This document shows positions 10,520 to 21,792 of a stretch of 46,490 nucleotides of DNA, piece after piece (position 1 is the first letter of the stretch; each line of letters starts with the position of its first letter). The notes beneath the pieces were generated by a model. It was not told the DNA's origin. It saw only the letters and a list, made by a program, of their open reading frames with translations, and did no database searches. A program made the translations under genes and the position numbers. The stretch covers positions 1 through 46,490 of the forward strand of contig KZ538812.1 of the NCBI GenBank assembly GCA_000934665.2, given 5' to 3'. Source of the stretch: Catajapyx aquilonaris. Its lineage: Eukaryota.

Positions 10520-13500
10520 ATGGCTGACTCTGGTGGGAGAGGGAAGAATGGTGGCCGTGGTCGGGGAGGTGCGAAGAACAACGCTGCCAACGAGAGCTGG
10601 AAGAAGCACCAGCAGTTTGACTACCCGCTGCCCAAAGTGGATCCGCAGGCCGCACGACTCACTGAAGATTCGGTGGGGATCACGGAGTACCTGAGCGACC
10701 ACAGTGGGTTTGGAGGGGTCATCAAGCAGAGGTACTCGGACTTCCTTGTCAACGAGATCGACCTGGAAGGAAACATCGTTAAGCTTACTAATGTTGAGCC
10801 GCCAGAGGACAAGAAAGGTAACAGGGTGGTTCTTTTGTCACGCACTGTGCATGGCAGCTTCCTGGAATGATGTGTGATTGTTGTTTTTTGCTGGGCTATT
10901 TTCCACAGGGTGTAATCCCATTTGCCATTCAGTATGAAATGATGCATGTTAATTGGGAAGGGTCTGGATGAGAGAGGATCATGAATATATTGTACTCTAC
11001 ACAGTAGAAACGACAGAAGACGTGAGCATCCCCGATGAGCAAAAAGTGGAGCTGCCACCAGAGACCTGGGACAAGTTAAAACTTATGTCTGATGGCGATG
11101 AAACACTGGAGTCGCTAGAAGTTGAGGTGAGTCCTTCAAGGAAATCTCAGTAGACTTTTCTAAACTTGACACCAACCTGTGCAGGTAACAACCCTGACCA
11201 AGGAGGAGCGAAAACGGATTCACCTGGCCATCTGCAAGAACTTCCGGAAGTTGCAGACTAGTACACAGCAAAAGCCTGATGGAAAGAAGTGCATTGTTGT
11301 GAAAAGACAATCGGCAATTGGTATGTTGGGCAAGGCCATCTGGACTTTCCTCACCTTAAGAGGTTGAACTGGAAAGCATGTGGGGATGGGGGGGGCAAAA
11401 CAGGTGAGGAGAGTTGAGATGGCCGCTGCTTCCGTGTATGTTTGTGTCCTCCTTAGCCTGATAATTGTAGACAAGCACAAACGCAAATGAAAAAAGGTTC
11501 CCGCTCCTCAGATGGCTACGGTCTGAACCGGAGAGTTCACTGGCCTAAGGAGAGGGGTGAATATACACACTTTGTGCTTAGCAAGGAAAACATGGACACC
11601 ATGGAGGCTGTCAATCTCATCGCCATCCGACTCAGGTCTGTTCAATAATTACCGTAATTATTTAGCTTGGGAATATTGCTGACCTGCTCTGTCTTTTCAA
11701 AGGATAAAGGCAAACATGTTCACTTATGCGGGAACCAAGGACCGCCGAGCCCGCACTTGCCAACAGGTGTCCGTCCCCCGGGTAGATGCAAAGCGTCTGG
11801 CCGACATCAGCAAGACCATAAAACGTATCAGCATGGGAAACTTCTCGTACAAGTCGTCTCCAATTCGCCTTGGGGATCTGCAGGGTAACCACTTCCAGAT
11901 AGTGCTGAGGAATGTGTGTGCGCCTGACGAAGAGATTGGTAGAGCAGCAGATATGTTGAAGGAGAGGGGGTTCATCAACTACTTCGGTCTGCAGAGATTT
12001 GGAAGTACTGTTGTGCCAACACACCATATCGGGAGGGCGCTGCTCAAGTCTCAATGGCAACAGGTCAGAAGGGATTGGATCGTATTGTCCGTAGGGTATC
12101 ACAGGAGGGTTTGAACAGCATGTGCAGCTTATGTTCTGTTATTCAGCATATTAAGTTAAATGTGATATTTACAATGTTGGAAGAAATTTTTTAGAGGGCA
12201 ATGCATTATCATGAGAGCATTAAGTGGCACTATTTACCTGTACAGGCTGTGGAACTGATCTTGATGCCTCGTGACGGCGAGAACGAGAATCTGACTGAAG
12301 TGCGCAAGTTCTGGTGGCGTACACGCAATGCACCTGCAGCAGTGAAGATGATGCAGCATCCAGACAAGTCCATAGAGGGGAAGCTTCTGATGGGACTGAG
12401 CAAGCATGGGCCTAAGAATTATATTGGGGCACTTGAAATGGTATGTTAAAAACACATCAGGCGGCAAGTCCATCACAGCTGATTTCGTACATCTTCTTCA
12501 GATCCCAAAGAACACAAGGCTGATGTACATCCATGCCTATCAGAGCTACATCTGGAATGTGGTTGCGTCTCGGAGGATCAAGAAGTTTGGCTTGCAACCG
12601 ATCGAGGGTGATTTGGTGATGAAGGATGTCAAAGCCATGGAAGAAGACAGTGCAATGGAAGGTCTTTATCTCGTTAACACTTCATATCTTGTAGGGATGA
12701 GGGATGAAAGAATCTCAGTTGCTGATCGAGTGTTGCAGCAGATTCAATGCCAGGCACTTGTACAGTGGTGGAAATTAACCCCTTCAGCCCCAGATCGGCC
12801 CGAACCACACAGTTTTCGGCTTACGCGTACTCCGAAGATACAGACATGATATTTTGCAAATAATAACAGCTATACTTACGAGATCTGGGAAAACCCTATG
12901 AATGTGTCTGGAACCATTTTACTCGTCCAGAAGTCCCTAAATTAATTTTCAAAAAAGGGCTATAATAACTCGAAATTGGACTACTGCCGCCCAACTTTTA
13001 GGCTGATTTAATTATGAAATGCGTGAAAATATGCGGAATAACTTTGAGAACCATACCAGAGGAATTTGCTGAAATCGTCGTACTTTGCGAGAAATAAATT
13101 AATATTTATTTGCGGCTTTCTAGCACTTAGGAAAACTCCTAAATGAGTATGAGATGAATTTTCTGAAATCGTCGTACTTCATGAGAAACAAATAACTTTG
13201 GGAGTTTTCCGAAGTTTACCGAAGTGCCAGAAAGCCGCAAATAAGTATTAATTTATTTCTCGCAAAGCACGACGATTTCAGCAAATTCCTCTGGTATGGT
13301 TCTCAAAGTTGTTATTCCGCATATTTTCACGCATTTCATAATTAAATCAGCCTAAAAGTTGGGCGGCAGTACTCCAATTTCGAGTTATTATAGCCCTTTT
13401 TTGGAAATTAATTTAGGGACTTCTAGACGAGTAAAATGGTTCCAGACACATTCATAGGGTTTTCCCAGATCTCGTAAGTATAGCTGTTGTTATTTGCAAA

Positions 13501-15017
13501 ATATCTTGTCCGTATCTTCGGAGTACGCATAAGCCAAAAACTGTGTGGTTCGGGCCGATCTGGGGCCGAATGGGTTAATAATAATTTAGCTCACATTGAA
13601 TGTGATTGAAGTATTGAGACTCACCTTATTCAAGTCGATACTCCTGCACCTGCCAAATTTGAGCCAGTCAGAAGAACCAAAGGTTCCCTGCACAACTGTG
13701 TTGATACGGATGTGAGCTCAATCCTGAAGCATTTTGATGTGGACCTGTACGATTCAAATTATGCGTCCTGCAATTGTTGTTTATTTTTCATAAGCAAATA
13801 TTGGTGACGTTGACTCACTCGCATACTATTGCTTTAATCCCAGTGAACGGAGATGAAATCCATTCTGAGAAGGCCCAGTCCTCCTCATCCACAACCACTG
13901 CACCCTTGGCCACCCTTGGCTCCTCGAATGAGGTGACTTCCACCACCAAGACCGAGGAGGATGGAAAATGTGAGCCTTTTCCAGGAGAAGCCAGTGCCGC
14001 ACCAGGCTCAACTCCTGGGTCGGAGCCAGCATCTTCCACCCTTCCAGACAGTTCTGGGGGTGGAGCCAGTTCGTCCAGTAGTGTAGCATGTGCGGACACC
14101 GATCCCAGCAGCACCACAGTGGATGTTGGGATCCCATCTAGTTCAGGGGGAGGGGGAGCAGGGACTGGGAGGAAGAGGCCTGTGCCTAAAATACTAGGTA
14201 AGGAATGCCAGTATGGCCTTGTTCAGAGCACACTATAATTTTTAATGTTGTGCGCAGGTAAGGATGATCTCACTGGAGGTTCCATAGACGACATAGTCTT
14301 GCCTTTACCTGGGTATGACATCCAGTATCCAGACAATGAGATGAAGGACTGGTATACGGCATTGCTTGCAGCTGATAGCCTTCAGAGTTCAGGACTAAAG
14401 CAACGTGTCAGGTACTACTCGACAGTTATTAAGTTGGCACAACGCAAGTTTTTGTTGGATTTATGACCATGCTGATGCTACACATGTTTCAGGACATACT
14501 CTTTGGGTGGTACATACCGAAAAATGATAGTCCGCCCCAAGAATGTGACCTGGAGGTTGATGAAGTACTCAGACCCACAGAAGCAACTAGTTCTTGCAGA
14601 TGTTGATGAATTAAACCATATGCCTCCACCTGAGAGTGACCAAGGTCAGTATTCATGACTGTCTGACAAGCTGTTAGAAGCAGGAAGTCATGCTTCTGCA
14701 CTGCTCCACTGCTAGAAAAATGTTTTAACAATGGCTGATCGATTTCAGATGGGAAGTACAAGGCACTTGTGGTCGAATTCTCCTTACCGTCATCCACGTA
14801 TGCTACTATGGCCCTGCGAGAGATTCTCAAGGCGGACACTTCTGCTGCATTCCAGTCCTCTCTCAATGACTATTTCAAAGAGCTCCCAACCACCACTCCC
14901 GAGCCCAAGACCGGAGCTAGGAAAGCAGACGAGTCTGGCCTGGAAGTAGGCGAAGCTGATGCGCCAGAGGAGAAGAGGGCAAGGGTTGAACTTGCACCTG
15001 ACGTGGAAATGAGTTAA
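10520..15017 (+). CDS. PUS7: Pseudouridylate synthase 7 (TruD family)
   Basis: Exons 10520-10817, 11005-11126, 11185-11320, 11512-11635, 11703-12063, 12246-12440, 12502-12661, 13844-14197, 14258-14411, 14493-14644, 14749-15017. TruD motifs: [13 protein letters not shown], catalytic [63 protein letters not shown]. Confidence 0.96.
12779..13574. mobile_element. piggyBac-type foldback element (796 bp), almost entirely palindromic
   Basis: TTAA|CCCCTTCAGCCCCAGATCGGCCCGAACC ... GGTTCGGGCCGATCTGGGGCCGAATGGG|TTAA. Arms ~12779-13143 and ~13197-13574 are near-perfect reverse complements. Lies in a PUS7 intron. Confidence 0.92.
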
Positions 15018-15215
15018 ACGACAGCATTTCAGAGTTTTGACGTCTCTTTTAGGTTGGGAAATGACATGCAAGGATTGTCTATTGTAGTGGTGGGGTTTTT
15101 TTGATTTTATACAAGGTACATGAAAATGAAGTTGGCCAGGTGAGGTTTTCACCATTATTATTTGATTTCACCTCTACACCATTTTTAAGAGGAGGAATTT
15201 TAAAAACTGACTGTC

Positions 15216-15221
15216 AATAAA
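15216..15221 (+). terminator. Putative PUS7 polyadenylation signal
   Basis: First AATAAA after the PUS7 stop codon. Confidence 0.45.
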
Positions 15222-15248
15222 GATGCTACGGCTAAGGTCATGTCAGAG

Positions 15249-18200
15249 TTATGGCTTTGTAGTGGGAGGATGGATGGGAGGTGGTGGCAGGGGAATGGTC
15301 AGGGAGAATTTGGCCAGGGTGTCCTTTGCGAGAGTGAAGTTCCACTGGAGGAGGTCAAGAGGAGGGAAGAAGAAGGGTAGGGATGGGGTTTGCAGGGGCG
15401 GGATGCAGGTGGCGCAGTGTGGGTGAGGCTGCACGTGCATTGGCAGCTTGTGTTGCTCCTCATGGGTCTTCAGGTGTGCCCGAAGGTTGCAGGCCAGGGC
15501 GAACTTCTTGCCGCACAGGTGGCAGGGGTGGGGCTTGTCTCCTGGTGACGATAGGAATTAATTAAGGCAAAATTATTTCAGGTTAACTCAGTTGAAGTTG
15601 AGGATTGGTGAAATTTGAGAAGGTGCATTAACTAAGTGGAACAAATGAACACAGTACGTACACTTGCCAGTTACATGTTTTCATGCCTGATAAAAGGACC
15701 TTCACTAAACATTGCACCAAATGGGCAACCAAGAGACAGAAAGAGATGGCTCAGGCTGCCGTGAAAGTAGCACAACAGGTAAATGAGGCAAAGTGTCTTT
15801 CAGCATGTTCAACTTGGCTCTTGTAATACGATTTTCAACTTGTGTACATTTTAACGATAAACTGTCAGCTGGAAAATGTATGACACTCCTGTGGCTTATG
15901 AAGTTTTCACGTTCTGGGTCATTTCCAGACCATACCTATGCGGTACGTCATGGCACATTGAAAGTTGTACGGTGCAATGAAGGAAAGAATGTATACAAGA
16001 ATGTCGACTTTTTTTGCAGAAAATACAGTGCCTGAGCAGCCTAACTTTTCAGTCAGCGGCACACCTCTAGGCTGCAGTGTCCATCAGGCACTGATCCCAA
16101 GACTATGTGATCAGTTCGACTACAGGGCATCAGCTGCAGTTTTGCTTTTGTTTGTTTTTAAACAGCTTTCCACATTTTGTTTCTGGTTCTACCCTGCTAC
16201 TGTAATAAAAAAAGAAACCTTGCTGTAGCATTGTTGAAGTCAAATTTATTAATGAAAAGGGTTATTTTCTTATGTTTCACTGCAACATTTTAATTGTGAG
16301 AATTGCTTTCTTTCTCTTGATTAATTCACAACTGAATACAGCAAGTCATTATAATGATGTGGTATAATTAAAAATGATTTTCTACACTCTCTCATTTTTT
16401 TTCCTCCACCCAACAATCACACCCCTAAAACATATTCTAAGAGATCAGGTCTTGTGAGTAACGTTCAATTAGATAGGAAATATTCTCAGTAGGTAATTGA
16501 TTTAATTATTGGAAGCTATTTATGCAATACTCCGAGGGGCTTGCATTCAATATATTGTATGATATATTGCGCAATACTGTGGGGAATTTTGGACTGGGCT
16601 GAAAATGAGCCCTTTTTCGGAGAATTTTCAGGGTAGGCATAGGGCCTACCTACCTGTGTGCAAGAAGAGGTGGTTCCTGAGGTTGGTTTGCTTGGAGAAT
16701 CCCCTGCTGCAGACATGGCACTTGAATGGCCAGCACCCGCTGTGGACATACATATGGGACTTGAGGTCTCCTGGTGTCGGGAAGGACTTGAGGCAAAGAG
16801 GGCACTTGTGGGGCTTCTCCTTGCTGTGGGTCATCCTGTGGTAGTACAGGTTGGAGGAGGCAGTGAAGCGCTTCCCGCATACCCCGCACTGGTGGGGCTT
16901 CTCTCCAGAGTGGATGCGACGGTGGGTGTTCAGAGAGCTGGACGTCGAGAAGCCCTTGGAGCACACCTCGCACACGTGAGGCTTCTCACCTGAACAGCAC
17001 ACAAGAACATATCAGTTGGTATTTCCATACATTATTTCATCCGGAAGCTGTGACATTGACATTGACCCCCAGTGCTGCAAGCGATTTAGAAGAATAGCAA
17101 GTGCCATAAGTGAAACAATAGGCAATTCCCCTCTCTTTTTTTTGCTTATGTTTTTCCACACTTTCCATACCGCACAATACCACTGCTATCAGCACGCCTC
17201 CGAGATACCCAGCCTATACAGTCACGACTAAAAAGATGCAAGTTCTTCGTAAATTCGGCACCGTATATCTGACTGCAAACCACTACTGACCTGTATGTGT
17301 CCGCATGTGCCTCTTGAGTAACGACGGACGGTCAAATGCCTTCCCGCAGACATCACACGGCAACAGGGTCCGTTCCCTGGCACGTCTGGAGTACCGCTGT
17401 ACCGTCACTGTCGACGTCTTGGGCGACTTGGACAGATCCAGTGGCTCCGTATCCTGCTGTTCTCCACCTTCGTCGAAGTAACCTTTGACCTGCGTCCCAG
17501 GAGCCAGGTCTTTGAGCACCCTGAAGACCGGATGACCCAGCGGCGTCTTGGTCGCCACCACGTTGACCTCAGTCGACAGCGACTCGGACGGGCTCAGGAA
17601 TCGTACCCAGTTGCAATGTCTGACCGGTTCTCCGGACGGACCAGACGTGACCGCCTCGTAGCATCCGTACCGGTGCCGCACCTGCCACGACACCATCAAT
17701 ATCCTCCTTTTTTAATCTGGGGTAATGAACCCTCCGCCTCAGGCACCACCACCAGAAAAAAGTGTTGGGTCACTCGGCTTCCATCAAGGGAAGCCTGCTG
17801 TGCTACTGTTCCCCAGCCTTCATGGGTGTCGAATGGCGATATCGCCACCCATGTTGCAGGTTGGGGGTGAGCTTCACAGATTTATGCAATAGGGCTGCCC
17901 CCCTGCTAAGAGGAGTCATCATACTAATGCGTTTGGGACCATCATTCTTTCGCATGTTGCGGCACTTCCGGTCACACTATCTGGCTCATTCGCAAAAGCT
18001 GGTATTGACCATCATATTAATTTGAATGTGCTTAACTTATTTGGTGTATCGTAGACAAGGAAAAAATCCAAAATTTTGGGTATTAGGACTCATAAATGTG
18101 CGTTTTTCTGAATCAGCGGGACATAAGCCATTAGTGTGCCAAGTTTCAGCACTCTAAGTAGTCCAGAAGTGGGTTAGGTAGCCCGGACATACAAACATAC

Positions 18201-18713
18201 CAACAAACTTTCCCAGCATTTATACTGGATAACCTCACATAAAGCGACATGCCCATTTTCATTGTAACATTTTTAAAAGTACGGTACCAGATGCATTCAA
18301 AAAAATTTGGCAAGGATCAAAATTACGTAAATGTACCTCGGTTATTGCGGCATACAGGCCACCTCCGGGTTATACCTGGTCGACCTCGTTTTATACCGGC
18401 ATGCCGCTTTATGTGAGGTAATACTATGAAAGATTATTACAACCGTTTACGCCGGTCGTTACTCTATTGTGTACCGTGCTAGATTACTAAGTACAATATT
18501 GAAAAAGCAGTGACCACTCACATCAGAAGCTGGTAGAAAATCCTGGAGTGGCATAGATTCCAGACGGACCGTCCCTTGAAACGGGTAGAAACATGTTCCC
18601 TGGACGATGTTCTGGGATGTCCAGAGAGACCCTGAGGACGGTACCAGGGACAACTCCGGAGGAAGAAGAACGCAGGTGTCCACTGTTAAGGTGGTGTCGG
18701 GACATGAAGCCAT
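15249..18713 (-). CDS. PR/SET-like domain plus six C2H2 zinc fingers (PRDM-like transcription factor)
   Basis: Exons 18713-18522, 17681-17291, 16989-16654, 15541-15249 are phase-consistent. PR-like motifs: GTCFYPFQG, HCNWVRFL...EVNVVA...VFRVLKDLAPGTQVKGYF. Six fingers, mostly with TGEKP-type linkers, from CDVCGKAFDRPSLLKRHMRTH to CHLCGKKFALACNLRAHLKTH. Confidence 0.85.
18225..18426. mobile_element. Short degenerate MITE (Tc1/pogo-like)
   Basis: acctcacataaagcgacatgcc (~18232) is the reverse complement of ggcatgccgctttatgtgaggt (ending 18419). The ends are worn. Confidence 0.55.
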
Positions 18714-21700
18714 GGTTGAACTGGCTCGGTGGCAGGGTCAGTTGCCACTGGACAGGATGGATCATCTGGAGCACCAGAAGCACCAGGGAAGAGCTGCGCA
18801 CTTGAAGCTTATTGGTAGGGCGGTGCCGGTATGGGTGGGGGGACATGGGGGTGGACGGGAGGAAGTTGAGGGAGTTGCCCATAGATAGTTGTAAATAGTT
18901 GGGAAAAATACTAGATGATTACCGCGAATGATTGTGCAATTTGCATTCGACAAGCAAAGTTCAGAAGGTCTGGGAGTGATTGGCCTGCTTCACCGCAAGC
19001 GGCTTGTGTGGTGGCCATTGTTGGCTGACCCCAATCAGAGCCCAGTAGATGTTATCCTGATCCCTCATTAGCAGGAAATCCAGGAATCATCCCGTTAATT
19101 AAGCTGCCAATAGATCCCTTGTGGAAGATGGCCACAGTGGGATCCTGTGCTTCAAGTCACGACCATTTTTTTGTTTCTTATTTGATGTGGTATGAAGATT
19201 GGTGAAAGTACGAGTAATAAAATGGGGATGGGGGTATAAATGGCGTCGACAGGGCGGAGTCTGGTGGTTGGAAAGGTGTGGCTTGGATGATCAATGCTTC
19301 ATGGGGGTTGGCTACCTTTGTTATCAAGCTCTTTCTAAGGGAGCTCAATAATTTTCGGGTGGGCCTTGACTGCTGTGTGGGTGCAGACTGGAAAATAGTG
19401 AGATTTTTTTTTTTTTATTACCCTAGTAGGCTATGTATGGTTGTAATGTCAATTACAGTATGACTCGATTTGGTAAAAGGAGGTAAAACCAGGTGAATTA
19501 TTGTGGTAGGATTTGTACACGTTTGTTTCGCTATGCAGTGGTGCCATAGTAAAAATGGCACAAATGGCGTCGATGCTTGTGCAAAATGCAATGTTGGTTG
19601 CATAAGGTTAAGGATCAGGTTAAAGGAATTGTGGCAATTTATTTCGCGGTAATGGACATAAACATTGTTGCAGAACGCAACAATCCATGTGTTTCAAAAA
19701 TATTGTGGCTTTAAAAATTATTGCGGCATGACATCGTCCTATTGTTGGAATAATACAACCTGCAAGTTGTGCCTTTTCAAGCAATTAATATTATAGTTAT
19801 GTGATAGTGCTCAATAATTCTAATGGTGGGCTATGCCTAAGTGGTATTCTGAGTAATGACAAATATTAAACATTTTATGGAGTGTAACGCAGCTTTCGAT
19901 AAAACAGTAAACGATTGCAATATATCAGTGTCGTTTACACTATGTGCATCCAAACAACGAATGGAAGAGACAAGAAGGAAATTTCGACAGGCTTTTTTTG
20001 GCCATCTCAAACTGGGGTTTCATATACAGAAGATGAACAAGTTATGTCTCAAAATGATGCAAATAAATTTTAATTTTGCACCTGTAAGAAACCTCCATTA
20101 ACTCGACTGTGTGCTAATCATGCTTAGTGAAAATATTCTAGCGCACAATTACTACATTGGATATGACATTGTCTGCCTTTCAAATTGCCGGTTTACATAT
20201 TCATATTAGCTTTTTAAATTTGAGATGGGTTTGAAATATCTAGGACAAAACTGTTTTCTCTCCATACACATTTAAAAAATACATATTTAAATCAACAAAC
20301 GAGCATTCTACCAGTGCCAGTGCATCTTACAATGTGCGGATATGCACCATGGGCCTGATAGCAAAATGAGAACCCAAGCCCTCAACTCAATTTTGACCCT
20401 TTTTCCCTACAGAAAAGAGCCCCCTTTAGTTCCAGTCCACGGCTGTTTGTTCTAATTGGACAGGCCCAAGAAATTTTTTTTTCCACTTGTGTTAAGCAGG
20501 TGAGAGAATACCCCTAGAAAGGACAGCACCGTCGCACATGCAGATCTGCACGATACTCTTCTTTTTCACCACATTAGGTGTGTCGCCAGGTGGTCTGAGA
20601 TTTTTGGCAGAACGTGCTTTGTCAAGAAAACTGCAAACTCATGTGGCCAATAGGCGGAAAATAGCTATATGAGGTAGAGCGTTGCTAATAGTGTACAACA
20701 ACAAGCTTCCTCCTCTTCGGTCTATACATATATAGATTCGGCGGTATGATCGTCCTGCGGTTGAATAGAAAGTGGCGGTGGTGTATTTAAGAGTTAATAG
20801 GTAGTGGTATATAAAACATGGGGGAGGATGAGTTAGCAGGAGGCGTTGTGTTGAGAGAGAGAAAAAACCAGCTGAGTCAGTATCGGTGGCCCCTGTTGGA
20901 GCCATTGTTCCAGCAGAGCAAACGGGTCCATTTGCCCAAATTGGCCTGCGATGACACAGGATAAACAGCCAGCCCCCCGTCTCGCCATTGCCTTTTTCTT
21001 GTACACAGGGAGCCCTAAACAATAAAGAAGGACTTGGAGGAGGTCCACCTGTGGCACACCCGGTACCGGTATGCCCATTCTAAACTAGAGCCATCTCTAA
21101 TAGTTGTGATTTATTTTTGTATATAATGGTTGTCTCAATTTACCTCTAATTTTCCCTGATGGCCTCTTATCATGGGCGTGACCTCAACCCATGTAATTTT
21201 TCACCGTTTGGCTAATCTTCTTCAGGTGTATCGATCTGTTGAAAGCACCTTTGGTAGCCATCCATCAATCGGCAATAAACACTTCTGATTGTAAGTGCGC
21301 CTGAACATTTAAATGACACTTTTTTTTTTGCATTCGTGCAGTGTCTTCTGGTGATAAATTGCGGTTGCCATCATCATTATCGCGACCATGGCTGGCCACC
21401 GCTGCCCGGCTTTTGATGGCCTGGATCTCTTTTCAGACCAATATGAATATGCATTTTGTATAGGGACATGTATAGTGGTGGAGTAATTAGGGGGGAAGGC
21501 CATTTTCCGCTTCCTAGGGTTGGGATCCAAGGGCCTGAAACATGCCCTTTGTGCCGTCAGGAAATTAATCGAGGGGTGAGGTGGTGGGGGGTGTTGAGGG
21601 AGTAGCACCTTCTCTGCTTATCGATTTGGACTGGGTTGGCCAGGTAAAAGAACGGTATAACAGGTAGAATTTATTCTCCTGGGGAAATATTCAGAAAGGT

Positions 21701-21792
21701 GACCTATGGCGCGTTTAACAATTTTTATTTCAGAACAAAAATGGAACATTACAACAATCAGAACCACTGACCTTTGACATCATGTTATCCGG

